Positions 49,128-60,538 of a stretch of DNA of 64,000 nt are shown here, one piece after another. The stretch spans positions 1,798 through 65,797 of the forward strand of contig JBEKHT010000006.1 in the NCBI GenBank assembly GCA_050012135.1, written 5' to 3'. A program made the position numbers and the translations under genes. A model generated the notes under the pieces. It was not told the DNA's origin. It ran no database searches and was given only the letters and a program-made list of their open reading frames with translations. Origin of the DNA: Anaerolineales bacterium. Its GTDB lineage: Bacteria > Chloroflexota > Anaerolineae > Anaerolineales > RBG-16-64-43. Each line of letters begins with the position of its first letter. The first letter of the stretch is position 1.

Positions 49128-51207
49128 CTTGGTTGGCCTTCTCAACCTGCGCTTTCAGAGGGGAAATCCTGCAGGCCGCCACTTTGTATTCGGGGATCTT
49201 CGCCTTCGGATCGAGGGCGTCGAGTGTCAGGACGTTCGTGCCCGGGAAGTGGAAAGGCATGAAGACCACGTCCTCGCCAATTTGTCGGCTGACTCTGGCT
49301 CGGGCCTGCGCTTCACCGCGCCGGGTGAAGACCTGCATCAGCTCGCCATCGGCGATGCCAAATCGCTGTGCCGTGGCCGGATGGAGTTGCAGGAAAAGCT
49401 CCGGTTCCCGCTCGCGCAGAGCTCGCGTTCTTCGCGTCATGGCTCCGGAGTTGTAGTGCATGACCACTCGCCCGGTCGTAAGCACCAGGGGATACTCGTC
49501 TGAGGTTTCCTCAAAGGGAGGCTGGTATTCGACCGGCGTAATCACACCGCGCCGATCCGGCTTTAGAAATCCGTCCGCATACAGAATGGGCGTCCCGGGG
49601 TGATCGGGGGTCGGGCAGGGCCAAGGAATTCCGCCCAGGGCCACCTGGACTCGCTGGGGGGTGATCCCGGCGTAGGATGGGGTGACCCGGTTGATCTCCG
49701 CCAGGATGTCCTCTTCAGCCCCGTATGGGAAGGCCGGCGCTAGTCCCAGGCGTTCCGCCAGATCGCACAGAATCTGCCAGTCGGGATGGGACTCGCCGAC
49801 CGGCTCGATCGCCTTTTCAAACCATTGCACCCGGCGGTCCGTGGTCGTCTTGGTTCCGCGCTTCTCCGCGAAGGAGGCGGCGGGCAAGACGACGTCAGCC
49901 AGCTCGGCCGTCTCGGACATGAACAACTCAACTACGGCCAGGAAGTCAAGGTGTTGGAGGCCCTCGCGAACATGCGTCGAGTTCGGATCGCCGACCACCG
50001 GATTCTCCCCCATGATCAACATGGTGTGGAGGTCGCCGCGTTGGGCCGCGTGGCTCATCTCGACCAGGGTCATCCCGACCTTGAGCGACAGGGCCTCCGG
50101 CAAGCAGCCCCAGGCGGAGGCGAACTTCGCCCGCACCTCGGGGCTTGTCACCGGCTGGTAAGCTGGAAAAACGTTGACCAGCGCGCCCATGTCGCAGGCG
50201 CCCTGCACATTGTCTTGACCACGCAAGGGATTAACGCCTGTACCGGGCCGCCCGATTTGGCCGCACAGCATGGCCAGGTCGCCGCAGGCAATCACGGTAT
50301 CGGTGCCGCAGGTATGTTGGGTCACACCCATGCAGTAGATGAGGGTTGCGGCACCTGCCTTGGCATAGGCCCGTGCTGCCTGGCGGATCCGCTCGGCCGG
50401 AACATGGGTCATCTTCTCCGCCCGTTCGGGAGGATAGTTCTGTACAACTTGGCGAAGAGTTTCCATGCCGGTCGTACGCTCGGCGACGAACGCCGCATCG
50501 AACAGCTTTTCCTCAATGATCACGTGCATTAGCGCGTTGAGCAGGGTGATATCGGTCCCCGGCAGGAGCTGGAGAAAGATATCCGAACTCCACGCGGTGG
50601 GAGTGACCCGCGGGTCCGCCACGATGACGGTGGCGCCATGCTCTTTGGCATCCATCACCCAGCGAGATACGATGGGATGGTTTTCGGCGAAATTGGAACC
50701 GATGACCAGCAGGCAGTCCGACTTGGCAAAGTCAGTAATTGGATTCGTCATCGCCCCGGAGCCGAACGTTGTGGCCAGACCGGCCACCGTAGGGCTGTGT
50801 CAGAGGCGGGCGCAGTGGTCTATGTTGTTTGTCCCCAGCAGCCGAGCCAGCTTCTGGAATAGGTAATTCTCTTCATTCGTGCATTTGGCCGAGGCCAGGA
50901 AGCCAAGGGCATCCGCCCCGTGTTCGTCTCGGGTGCGCGCAATGTTATCGGCGATCAGACCCAGGGCTTGGTTCCAGGAGGTCTTCTCGAAGTGACCGTC
51001 CACCCGCTTGAGAGGCGAGTGGAGCCGCTCGGGGTGGTAAACAAGATCCAGGGCGGCATTCCCCTTGGGACATAGGGCCCCTTCATTGGTCGGATGATCC
51101 TTCATATACTCCAGGCCGACGGCGGCCCCGTCTTGGACGGCGATGTAGAGTCCACAACCCACCCCGCAATACGGACAGATGCTGGGTACGAGCGAAGATC
51201 CCTTCAT
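49120..51207 (-). CDS. fdhF: Selenocysteine-containing formate dehydrogenase alpha subunit (FdhF-like), 695 aa
   Basis: Track ORFs 50800..51207 and 49120..50787 are in frame across TGA (50800-50802), giving NIDHCARL-U-HSPTVAGL; CPYCGVGC N-terminus; RGQDNVQGACDMG; SECIS present. Confidence 0.93.
50765..50799 (-). promoter_or_regulatory. Bacterial SECIS element
   Basis: UGA-CACAGCCCUACG-GUGGCC-GGUCU-GGCCAC hairpin, with the GGUCU apical sequence at the same distance from UGA as in the E. coli fdhF SECIS. Confidence 0.88.
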
Positions 51208-51426
51208 ACTTCATGCTCCCCGTGGCCGGTCTCTTGAAGCTGCCTTGCTGTGCGCAAGGCCCTCCTTGTGGGAAGACCTGGCGAATGATCTTCGAGTGCC
51301 CCCAAATTCAAGGCCCGCCCTTGCATCGATGATCTTCAAGGGCAGGGGAGGGCCATGGCTTTCTGTGCGCCGGGTGCTCGCCTGAATTCATATGGCGGAT
51401 TCCTCCGCTCGCGACGAGTCCCTCCC

Positions 51427-51948
51427 TCACGTTGTGTATCCCGGCTCTTGGCCCTTCGCTCGGGCCGGACGGAGTGCCTGGCTCGGAAAGAGCCTGACAA
51501 GCGAAAACGTATGACCGGCCCGGGCCTCAGCCAACCTTCGAACGGTCAGGCAGGGATCAATACCGCTCAGGAGACTCGGACACAGAACCTTGACACCGTG
51601 GTGGGCCAAATCCACCGGGTGGAGGCCGGTACTATCCGAGGCCTCCCGCGAAGGGAAACAGTCGAGCACATAGCACGAATCGAAACCGCTTTGCTAGCAC
51701 GTGATGGGAGCGCCCATCCGCTCGCTGAGTGACCCGTCCCAAATCTGGATCCCCTTGTCCGGATCGTCATGCAGGTGCAGGTTGCGCGGGCCCACTTCCG
51801 CGGAGAGCATGTCAGCACTGGCGATCATGTCGTTGAAAAGCGGCACGTCAGATGGGCCAGAGGCGTTCGCATTCACGCTGATGCCCTCATGATCCGGCCA
51901 GGTTTTCGGTCGAGGAGGCTCGATTGTGACATTCTTCTCAGGATTCAT
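51427..51948 (-). pseudogene. Possible degenerate ModE-like regulator fragment
   Basis: Two in-frame ORFs separated by TAG (51694-51696); PRPKTWPDHEG and ERMGAPIT..QSG loosely resemble the ModE N-terminal wHTH; lies upstream of a Mo/W enzyme operon. Confidence 0.25.
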
Positions 51949-52392
51949 TATACGCCCGCCACCGTGAGCAAAGAAGGCACAAAACCCACTGAGGCACTAG
52001 TGAGTTTTGTAGGGAAAGATGCTGAGCCGGTACGCTAACGAAGCGGCCTGACGCGCACTGTCCCCGGGTGCAAGTTGCGACCAACGGCCAGATCGGCTCG
52101 GGACAGCTCAACCCGCACGGAAAGGCTGGATCGCCTTCCTGCGCATGCCGAGCAGGCCACGGAATGCGAAGCCCGCTTGCTCATTAAATGAAATCTGCTC
52201 AACCCATGGGTCGAGCAGTTCGTGAGTCCCGCAAGGGTGTCGATGGAATGGAAGATGCCGGGATCACGCCCCCGCCAGGGGAGGGCGAGGCGAGTGGCCA
52301 GCCTACGTCAATCCTTCGCTGGCCCCAGGTCAAATCCTGGCCGACACACCGCCAAGTTCCGTGCGTCGGGAATGCGAGTGCCCAGGATCAAG

Positions 52393-52465
52393 TGCCCCCA
52401 TGGGGATTCGAACCCCAGTTTAGGCCTTGAAAGGGCCGCGTCCTGGTCCTCTAGACGATGGGGGC
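52393..52465 (-). tRNA. tRNA-Glu(TTC)
   Basis: GCCCCCATCGTCTAGAGG...CTTTCAA...GGTTCGAATCCCCATGGGGGCA; upstream TTGTAA-17-TACAAT promoter. Confidence 0.95.
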
Positions 52466-53067
52466 CCGACTGGATCGCGCGGCATTGTATCATGCGGGGA
52501 GGGCGCTTACAACATTCGCCCACCCTCTCGTCAGGCTGTGAGTTCTTCGCTAAGAAGACTCTGGATTGATGTTGCCCGCGGGGGCAGCGCGCAGCCAACG
52601 GGGGGTTCGCCCGTCCCTCTGTGACCGCCAAGGTCATGCCTCCCCGGCCTTCAACCGTGAGCGGGTAAATGAGGCCGTAAGAAGGTTTGACCTCTAGGAT
52701 GCTGACCCGGCACCTCCTCAGCCAACTGCAGAGCGCGTCGGCAGTTTCTGCGCAGGAAGACGCACTCGGTTCCCGCGAGATGGTCGCGGTTGAGAAGGAT
52801 CGCGCCTGGCAGGACCCGGCCGCTTGACATACCCCCGTCATCCTCTGACTCCGAACCGTACGATCAGGCCGGATTGCGTCGTTCGGTTTCCACAAAAGGG
52901 GGGACCTGGGAGGCATGGGCACGAAGATCCCCCATCTCCCTGGGGATCCAGCCATCCCCCGTGCCCGTAGCAAGCGGCACGGCCTTCCAGGAGCTCGCGT
53001 CTTCGAATCCGCACTTCGTCCTGCAAGCGCTCCGCCATACCGAATGGCGGGTCGAGCCGAAGGATGC

Positions 53068-56037
53068 CTATCGTGGTCCCGTCTTCCGCGCCCGAACCCT
53101 CGGCTGCCTCACGGGCGCGCTCGTCTGAGGAAAGAGAAGGTCCCGCAGATAGCGCCCCGTGTGGGAACTGGGCGAGGCGGCAACCTCCTCGGGTGTTCCT
53201 TGCGCAATCACTTCACCCCCGGCATCCCCTCCTTCAGGTCCGAGGTCAATGACGTGGTCTGCCACCTTGATCACGTCGAGGTTATGTTCAATAACTGTCA
53301 CCGTGTGTCCCTCGTCCACGAGCTTGTCCAATACGGAAATCAGGCGACGAACGTCGGCCGCATGCAGGCCGACAGTGGGTTCGTCGAGAATGTAGAGGGT
53401 GTGGCCGCTGGCCTTTCGAGAGAGCTCGCGGGCCAGCTTGACCCGTTGGGCCTCGCCCCCCGAGAGGGTCGGTGCGGGCTGCCCCAGACGTATGTATCCG
53501 AGCCCAACGTCAAAAAGCGTATTCAACTTGCGGACCATGCTGGGGAAGGCGTTGAACGTGTCTCGGGCCTCCTCCACGGTGGTTTCAAGAATATCGGCGA
53601 TGGTCATCCCCTTGAAAAGGACCTGGAGGGTTTCCCGGTTAAACCGGGCTCCGTTGCAGACCTCGCAAGGAACATAAACATCGGGGAGAAACTGCATCGA
53701 GACCTGGATCTGACCCTGGCCCTCGCAAGCCTCACAGCGGCCCCCTCGCACATTGAATGAGAACCGTCCCGGGCGATAACCCCGGACTTTGGAACCCGGG
53801 AGTGCGCCAAAGAGATCCCGAATTTCGCCATAGAGCCCGACGTAGGTCGCCGGATTGGACCGGGGTGTCCGCCCAATGGGAGACTGGTCAATGTTAATCA
53901 CCTTCTTGACCTCTTGCGCCCCTTCAATCCGGTCGCAGGCCGCTACCCCTGAGAGGCCGTCGGCCGGCGAGGCCAGGGAGCGGTAGAGCACGTCCAGGAG
54001 CAGGGTCGACTTGCCTGAACCCGACACCCCGGTTATGCAGACCAGCTTCGCGAGAGGAATCTGGACGGTTAGGTTCTTGAGGTTGTTGGCCCGCGCCCCA
54101 ACCACGGTGAGATACTTTCCGTTGCCCAAACGGCGCTGGCTGGGCACCTTGGTCTGTAGCCGACCGGCCAGGTAGCGTCCCGTCAGCGACCGAGGATTCT
54201 TGGCCAGTTTGTCAGGCGGACCCTCCGCCACAAGATGCCCCCCGGCGGGCCCGGCGCCAGGCCCCAGGTCAATCACCCAATCGGAAGAACGGATCATGGC
54301 CAAGTCATGCTCCACCACGAGCACCGTATTGCCCAGGTCACGCATTTGCCTCAGGCTGGCCAGCAGGCGCTCCGTATCGCGGGGATGAAGCCCCACCGAG
54401 GGCTCGTCGAGCACATAGAGAACCCCGCTCAGACGCGAGCCGATTTGGGTTGCCATGCGGATCCGCTGCGCCTCTCCTCCTGACAGGGTCGCGCTCGACC
54501 TCGAAAGGGTCAGGTAGTCCAGTCCCACTTGCTTGAGAAAATCCAAGCGAGCAACAATCTCGTGCAGAATTGGCGCGGCGATTATTCGAGTTCGCCGCCG
54601 AGCGAAAGGACCGCCGCCCGGCCAGGCCTCCAGTTCGCTCAGCCACGCGTGGAGGTGGGCCAGAGTCCAGTCGCTGACATCAACGATGTTGTGGTCCGCC
54701 AGCGTGACCGCCAGGGATTCCGGGCGCAGCCGTCGGCCGCCACAGGAATCACAGGTCCGTTCGCTCATCAGGGCTTCGATTCGCCCGCGCAGGCTGGCCG
54801 AGGAGGTCTCTTGGTAGCGGCGTTGCAGGGCTGGGATAACCCCCTCGAAGACCATTTCGAATGAACCGGCTCGGCCGTCCCTGCGCTCGAACGGCACGAC
54901 GATCTTTTCGTCTCCGGTCCCGAAAAGTATGCGCTCCAGAGTGGGAGCCTTTGTCTCGCTGACCGGCGCATCCAAGTCCAGGCCGAGATGTGCCGCCAAG
55001 GCCTCCAGCAAGGGCCAGTAGGACTCCCCTTCCCGTGGGGAGGCACTGTTCGGACGCCGCTCGAAGGCGAGATCCATGGCCGAGAAGGCCCCTTCACTCG
55101 GGGTCAGACCACGGTCCGGGACGACTTTGTCCGGGTCGATTTCCAGACGGGTGCCCAACCCCTGACAGGCTGGGCAGGCCCCCCGGGGGGAGTTGAAAGA
55201 AAAACTACTCGGCTCGATTTCGGGCAGGTTGGTCCCGTCGTAAGAGCAGGCCAGATGCTCAGAAAATGGCAGATCGTGTGGGGGGTCCTGGGAAAGGTCC
55301 TGTGCGATCAGGTGGCCGTCGCCTAGACGCAATGCCGTCTCCACGGAATCGGTCAGGCGGGTGAGGAAATCGGACCCCTCTTCGGCGGCCACGGAAGGAG
55401 CGGGGATCACCAGCCGATCCACCACCGCCTCGATCGTGTGAGGTCGATGGGGGTCAATTTCCAATTCGGCCTCCACGTTGTACATGGTCCCGTCCACCCG
55501 CATGCGCACGAAGCCGGAGTGCTGCATTTCCTGAATTGCCGCCTCGTGACCCCCCTTGCGCCCGCGCACGACCGGTGCCAGCAACACCAGACGCGTCCCG
55601 GAGGGTTTGTCAGCCAAGGCCGTGACAATCTCTTGGGCCGACTGACTTTGGACCTCACGGCCGCAGACCGGGCAGTGGGGGGTTCCTAGACGGGCAAACA
55701 AGAGGCGCAGATAGTCATAGATCTCGGTGACGGTTCCGACCGTGGAGCGTGGATTGGCCCACAGGGCGCGCTGGTCAATCGCCATGGCTGGCGAGAGGCC
55801 TTCGATCAGATCGACGTCCGGCTTTTTGAGCTGGCCAAGAAACTGGCGGGCGTAGATCGACAGCGACTCAACGTAGCGGCGCTGGCCCTCTGCGAAGAGC
55901 GTGTCGAAGGCCAAGGATGACTTTCCCGACCCGGAAAGCCCCGTGATGACCACCAGCTTCAAACGCGGGATGTCTACTGAAAGGTTCTTGAGATTGTGTT
56001 CCCGTGCTCCGACGACGCGAATGACGCTTTCAGACAT
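53068..56037 (-). CDS. uvrA: Excinuclease ABC subunit A
   Basis: GAREHNLKN, two Walker A motifs ([18 protein letters not shown]), two LSGGEAQR motifs and Zn fingers. Confidence 0.97.
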   Translation of the reverse strand: MSESVIRVVGAREHNLKNLSVDIPRLKLVVITGLSGSGKSSLAFDTLFAEGQRRYVESLSIYARQFLGQLKKPDVDLIEGLSPAMAIDQRALWANPRSTVGTVTEIYDYLRLLFARLGTPHCPVCGREVQSQSAQEIVTALADKPSGTRLVLLAPVVRGRKGGHEAAIQEMQHSGFVRMRVDGTMYNVEAELEIDPHRPHTIEAVVDRLVIPAPSVAAEEGSDFLTRLTDSVETALRLGDGHLIAQDLSQDPPHDLPFSEHLACSYDGTNLPEIEPSSFSFNSPRGACPACQGLGTRLEIDPDKVVPDRGLTPSEGAFSAMDLAFERRPNSASPREGESYWPLLEALAAHLGLDLDAPVSETKAPTLERILFGTGDEKIVVPFERRDGRAGSFEMVFEGVIPALQRRYQETSSASLRGRIEALMSERTCDSCGGRRLRPESLAVTLADHNIVDVSDWTLAHLHAWLSELEAWPGGGPFARRRTRIIAAPILHEIVARLDFLKQVGLDYLTLSRSSATLSGGEAQRIRMATQIGSRLSGVLYVLDEPSVGLHPRDTERLLASLRQMRDLGNTVLVVEHDLAMIRSSDWVIDLGPGAGPAGGHLVAEGPPDKLAKNPRSLTGRYLAGRLQTKVPSQRRLGNGKYLTVVGARANNLKNLTVQIPLAKLVCITGVSGSGKSTLLLDVLYRSLASPADGLSGVAACDRIEGAQEVKKVINIDQSPIGRTPRSNPATYVGLYGEIRDLFGALPGSKVRGYRPGRFSFNVRGGRCEACEGQGQIQVSMQFLPDVYVPCEVCNGARFNRETLQVLFKGMTIADILETTVEEARDTFNAFPSMVRKLNTLFDVGLGYIRLGQPAPTLSGGEAQRVKLARELSRKASGHTLYILDEPTVGLHAADVRRLISVLDKLVDEGHTVTVIEHNLDVIKVADHVIDLGPEGGDAGGEVIAQGTPEEVAASPSSHTGRYLRDLLFPQTSAPVRQPRVRARKTGPR

Positions 56038-56636
56038 GCGCACCTTCCCGGCTGATAGGGACTCTATTATAAGGAGAAACCTCATCCAATGGCGAGGGCC
56101 CAGTGTTCACTCAGCTCGGATGCAACCCAAGGAGCCGGGTCCTCTCTGAGGGCAAGGTCAGCGAGGGAGAGGCAAGGAATCGCCTATTCGGCTGAGCTCG
56201 GCCGGCGCAGGCCAGAAGCAAGAGGGTTCGGTCCGGTTGGGTGAGGGGACGGGTAGCCCCCCGGCCGCGGGTGGCCCCAGGGACCGCCGAGAAATCGGTT
56301 CGGTCCCGGCACTGCGGGTGAGAAGCTTAGCGGGGCCACAGATGTGGCAGGCGATCTCCTTTTCGGCAACGGCCCGGGCCTGACCCACCTCTCTCGCTCG
56401 GGCTGGGTGCCCCCTCGCGCCCCTCCCCGGCTCCGCTCCTGGGGACGCGCCGACTGCGGCGCAATCTCCGCCCTTCGACAAAGGAGCCCACCTGCGCATG
56501 GGGCGGGAGGGGCATTCAACAGCGGGCCGGCCAGAAATCACCACCGGCTCTCAATCCGGGGAGAAGACAGGATCGCAAGAAGAATGCCGGCACGCCTGTC
56601 ATTTCGTCTCGCGCATGGGCTATAATCTCGCCCTGC

Positions 56637-58436
56637 ATGACCTCCACGATCTTGCTCCTGCTCCTCATCATTTCTTCTGTGTCGATCTTAATGATCGCCA
56701 CGCGTCTTCGTCCGGACTTGCTCGCCTTGCTTACGTTGGTGGCCCTTGGGTTGACTCGCTTGGTCACGCCGGAAGAGGACCTGGCAGGATTTAGCGGAAC
56801 GGCGGTCATCACCATCCTCGCCATTTTCATCATCTCGGAAGGCCTGCGGCAGACCGGCGTGACGATGGTCCTGGGCCGCTTCATGATGCGGCTGAGCGGG
56901 GGTGGGGAGGTGCAGAGCATCTTGGTCACCATGCTCACCGCCGCAACCCTTTCGCTCTTCATGAACAACATCGCCGCCGCAGGGGTCCTGCTGCCAGCGG
57001 TAATCAGCCTTTCGAGGCAGTCGCGCGTTTCTCCGTCGCGTCTGCTCATGCCCATGGCCTTTGGCACGGTCCTGGGCGGGATGGCGACCCTGCTCACTAC
57101 CGCCAACATTATTGTGAGTGGCAGTCTGAGGGAGCGGGGCTTGGCCCCGTTTGGATTGCTTGACTTTCTTCCAGTTGGCGTCCCGGTCGTGCTGGCGGGC
57201 ACAGCGTACATGGTGCTCGCGGGTCGACGGTTGCTTCCGGAGCGATATCCTCCCGGCCAGGAAGCGCGCGCCGTCCGGCTGCGCGCCGAGTTGGAGAGCC
57301 TTTACGGGATCAAGACCAGCCTTTGCGAGCTAAAGGTCAACCCGGGATCGGGCATGGCCGGGCTCAGTCTCCAGGAGGGACGTTGGGCATCGCGCCTGGG
57401 CCTTCATGTCGTGGGATTGGCCCGCCAGGGGCGATTGCAGGTCGCCCCGTCCCCGGAGGTCACCGTCCATGAGGGCGATGTTGTCCTGGCGCAAGGTCAG
57501 CCGTCGGTCGAACTCCTGAATCAGAATGGGCTGCAGCTTCTGACCGAACCGGCGATTCCGATGGCCGTGACCAATGAGGAAACCGTCCTGGGTGAGGTCG
57601 TGCTCTCCCCGCATGCCGGCATTTTTGGTAAGAGCCTGAGCCAGTTGCGATTTCGGGAGCGATTCGGGCTCAATGTGTTGGCGCTTTGGAGACAGGGAAG
57701 CCCCATCCGGTCCAACCTGTCTGAACTTCCCTTGCGAGCCGGAGACACCCTCTTGGTGCAGGGGACCGCCTCCAAGCTGAGTCTGTTGCGGGAGGGCCGT
57801 GACTTTATCCTGCTCGCGGAGGATCCCGATGCGGTGATGAGACCGGGGAAGGCGTACCTGGCTGCCGGCATCGGGTTGGTGACTCTCGGCATAGCCGCTC
57901 TGGGATGGATGCCCGTAGCCGTGACCACCCTGGCGGGAGCCTCCCTGATGCTGGTCACCGGCTGCTTGACCATGGACGAGGGCTACCGAGCCGTCGACTG
58001 GAAGTCTATGTTCCTGATCGCGGGCATGTGGCCGCTGGGCACCGCCATCAGCACGACGGGCCTGGCCACTCTGGTTGCCAACCGACTAGTCTCTTTCGCT
58101 TCCGGATCGGGCCCTCTGGTTATTGCCGGCCTCATGCTTTTGGGGGCGACAATCCTCAACCAGATTATCGCCGGGCAGGCGGCCGTGCCGATCATGCTGG
58201 CGCCGATCGGTTTGGCGATTGCTCAGGCCAGCGGAGTCGACCCTCGCGGGATGGCGATGGCGGTCGCCCTGGGTTGCTCGCTCGCTTTTCCGACACCCCT
58301 TGGCCATCCCGTGAACACGCTGGTCATGGGATCGGGGGGTTACTCCTATCGGGACTATCTCCGGGTGGGTGGGCCACTGACCCTCCTAACCGCAGGAGTC
58401 GTCCTGATTGGGCTGCACTTGTTCTGGCACCTATAG
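56637..58436 (+). CDS. SLC13/CitMHS-family permease with TrkA-C (RCK) domains
   Basis: SLFMNN, LGGMATL, two cytoplasmic RCK_C repeats and TPLGHPVN..VMG.GGY...DY.RVG. Confidence 0.9.
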   Translation: MTSTILLLLLIISSVSILMIATRLRPDLLALLTLVALGLTRLVTPEEDLAGFSGTAVITILAIFIISEGLRQTGVTMVLGRFMMRLSGGGEVQSILVTMLTAATLSLFMNNIAAAGVLLPAVISLSRQSRVSPSRLLMPMAFGTVLGGMATLLTTANIIVSGSLRERGLAPFGLLDFLPVGVPVVLAGTAYMVLAGRRLLPERYPPGQEARAVRLRAELESLYGIKTSLCELKVNPGSGMAGLSLQEGRWASRLGLHVVGLARQGRLQVAPSPEVTVHEGDVVLAQGQPSVELLNQNGLQLLTEPAIPMAVTNEETVLGEVVLSPHAGIFGKSLSQLRFRERFGLNVLALWRQGSPIRSNLSELPLRAGDTLLVQGTASKLSLLREGRDFILLAEDPDAVMRPGKAYLAAGIGLVTLGIAALGWMPVAVTTLAGASLMLVTGCLTMDEGYRAVDWKSMFLIAGMWPLGTAISTTGLATLVANRLVSFASGSGPLVIAGLMLLGATILNQIIAGQAAVPIMLAPIGLAIAQASGVDPRGMAMAVALGCSLAFPTPLGHPVNTLVMGSGGYSYRDYLRVGGPLTLLTAGVVLIGLHLFWHL

Positions 58437-58437
58437 G

Positions 58438-59565
58438 ATGGAACCCTTCGATTTCCAGGTGGTCGCCCAAGAGGGTCGCGCCAGGGCGGGCAGGTTGCGA
58501 ACCCCCCACGGTACACTGGAGACTCCGGTGTTCGCGCCTGTGGGCACGCAGGGGAGTGTCAAGGCTCTCACGCCTGCTCAGCTGGAGGAACTGGGCGCGA
58601 CTCTGATCCTGGCGAATACGTACCATCTCTTCCTGCGACCAGGCGACGAGATGGTCGCGCAGCTGGGGGGACTCCACGCCTTCATGCAATGGCCGAAGCC
58701 AATCTTGACCGACTCGGGGGGCTTCCAAGTCTTCTCCTTGAGCGCGATCCGAGAGGTGGATGAAGAGGGGATTAGCTTCCGATCGCACATTGACGGGTCA
58801 AGCCATCGCCTGACCCCGGAAATTGCGATCTCCGTTCAGGAGAACTTGGGGGGCGACATCATCATGGCCCTGGATGAGTGCCCGCCTCCGTACGACCGTC
58901 CGCACAACGAGTTGGCGCTGGCACGCACGCACGCCTGGGCAGAAAGATGCCTGCGGGCCCACCGGCGCGGCGATCAGGTCCTGTTCGGGATCGTGCAGGG
59001 TGGGGTCTTCCCTGATCTGCGGGAGCAATCGGCTCGATTTCTTACCTCGCTCGGATTCCCGGGATATGGGATCGGCGGTTTGTCGGTTGGAGAGAGCAAG
59101 CAGGAGACCTATGCCATGCTTGATCTTGTGAATCCTCTTCTTCCTGAAGAAAAGCCTCGCTATCTGATGGGGGTCGGGACGGCCCGGGATTTGATTGAGG
59201 GAGTGGTTCGCGGCATAGATATTTTTGACTGCGTCCTGCCCACTCGGCTGGCCCGTCATCACTCAGCTCTCACCCATGCGGGCCGACTGAATCTGGTCGG
59301 CTCCGCATACGCCCGCGATGCCCGTCCCATCGAATTGGGGTGTGGTTGCTACACGTGCCAGCATTTCAGTCGGGGCTACCTCCGCCATTTGATTCAGGCG
59401 CGAGAAATGCTGGCGGCCACATTGCTTTCCATCCACAATCTTTTCCTGCTGATTGAGCTGACCCGAGAGATGCGCGCGGCAATCCGGGAGGGGAGGTTTG
59501 AGCGAATGGTTGCAGATTGGGGCAGGGCGACGGGGCCCGGTATCGAGTCTCGCGCGATGGCATGA
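58438..59565 (+). CDS. tgt: tRNA-guanine transglycosylase
   Basis: TPVFAPVGT, NTYHL, TDSGGFQVFSL, GGLSVGE, DCVLPTR and CGCYTC Zn site. Confidence 0.96.
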   Translation: MEPFDFQVVAQEGRARAGRLRTPHGTLETPVFAPVGTQGSVKALTPAQLEELGATLILANTYHLFLRPGDEMVAQLGGLHAFMQWPKPILTDSGGFQVFSLSAIREVDEEGISFRSHIDGSSHRLTPEIAISVQENLGGDIIMALDECPPPYDRPHNELALARTHAWAERCLRAHRRGDQVLFGIVQGGVFPDLREQSARFLTSLGFPGYGIGGLSVGESKQETYAMLDLVNPLLPEEKPRYLMGVGTARDLIEGVVRGIDIFDCVLPTRLARHHSALTHAGRLNLVGSAYARDARPIELGCGCYTCQHFSRGYLRHLIQAREMLAATLLSIHNLFLLIELTREMRAAIREGRFERMVADWGRATGPGIESRAMA

Positions 59566-59719
59566 CGGAGCGCGGATGATCGCCTGCCGGTGGGATATCC
59601 CGGATCGAAGAGCCGCCGTACCCTGTGGGTGGAAGCGCCCGTGGGGGATCCTAGGATAGTTGCCCTCGGAGGTCCTTGGGCCAGTTCCACTTTCGATCCA
59701 TACCCGGAGGGAGCAGCAG

Positions 59720-60538
59720 ATGACCGTCGTGCAGGCCATGGTTCTCGGCGCTGTGCAGGGAATCGCCGAATTCCTGCCGATTTCCGGCTCGGCTCATCTC
59801 GTGCTGGTTCCCTGGCTGCTCGGCTGGCAGATCCAACCCAACCCCGCTTCGGCTCTCAATATTCTTGGGGAGATGGGAGCGCTAGTGGCCGTGGTCGGGT
59901 TCTTCTGGACGGACCTGCGAGGCTTGGTCCGCGCCGGCGTGCTGAGCCTTATTAACCGTTCGCTGGAAGATCCCCAGGCGCGACTCGCATGGCAGGTCGC
60001 ACTGGCAGCCCTCCCGGCCACCTTGGCAAGCCTAGTCCTCCAGCAGACTCTGCGCGAATCCTTGTCCAGTCCTCGGACCCTGGGTGGTTTCTTGCTTGCG
60101 ACCGGGGCTTTCCTCTTTCTGGCCGATCTCATCGGACGACCTTCCCGATCTTTGCTCCAGGCCGGTTGGCGGGACGCGATCTTCATGGGAGTCGCCCAGG
60201 CCATCGGCCTGTTGCCCGGGGTCTCGCGTTGCGGTGTGACCATGGCGACTGGCACGCTCACTGGCCTGAGCCGGCCCACCGCTGCCCGCTTTTCCATCTT
60301 GATGGCCGTGCCGATCCTGCTGGAGGCCGGGATCGTTGGAGCCAGGGGCCTGGCAAGTCTTCCGGATCTTGCCTCCGACCTCATGCTCGGTGCGGCAGGG
60401 TTCGTCGCCGCGGCGGTCGTTGGATTCTTCGTCATCGGCTGGTTGCTCCGCTACCTGACGACCCATTCCTTGCGGGTCTTCGCCCTCTATTGTGGCGTCT
60501 TGGGTTCAATAACGGTCCTGCTTTCCTTCGTGCGCTAA
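59720..60538 (+). CDS. uppP: Undecaprenyl-diphosphatase (BacA/UppP family), divergent active site
   Basis: QGIAEFLPISGSAH, PGVSRCG and AARFS motifs. Confidence 0.85.
   Translation: MTVVQAMVLGAVQGIAEFLPISGSAHLVLVPWLLGWQIQPNPASALNILGEMGALVAVVGFFWTDLRGLVRAGVLSLINRSLEDPQARLAWQVALAALPATLASLVLQQTLRESLSSPRTLGGFLLATGAFLFLADLIGRPSRSLLQAGWRDAIFMGVAQAIGLLPGVSRCGVTMATGTLTGLSRPTAARFSILMAVPILLEAGIVGARGLASLPDLASDLMLGAAGFVAAAVVGFFVIGWLLRYLTTHSLRVFALYCGVLGSITVLLSFVR

Noticed and set aside
50800-51207. Apparent truncated or pseudogenised formate dehydrogenase (two ORFs)
   Set aside because: The stop is an in-frame UGA at the catalytic ligand position with a SECIS, i.e. selenocysteine.
51210-52390. Moco/tungsten riboswitch upstream of fdhF
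   Set aside because: The expected conserved elements could not be found on the coding (minus) strand; only generic hairpins such as CTGCTCAACCC-AT-GGGTCGAGCAG.
56040-56630. LexA box or structured ncRNA upstream of uvrA
   Set aside because: No GAAC-N4-GTTC site was recognisable, and the GC-rich stems match no RNA family I can identify.
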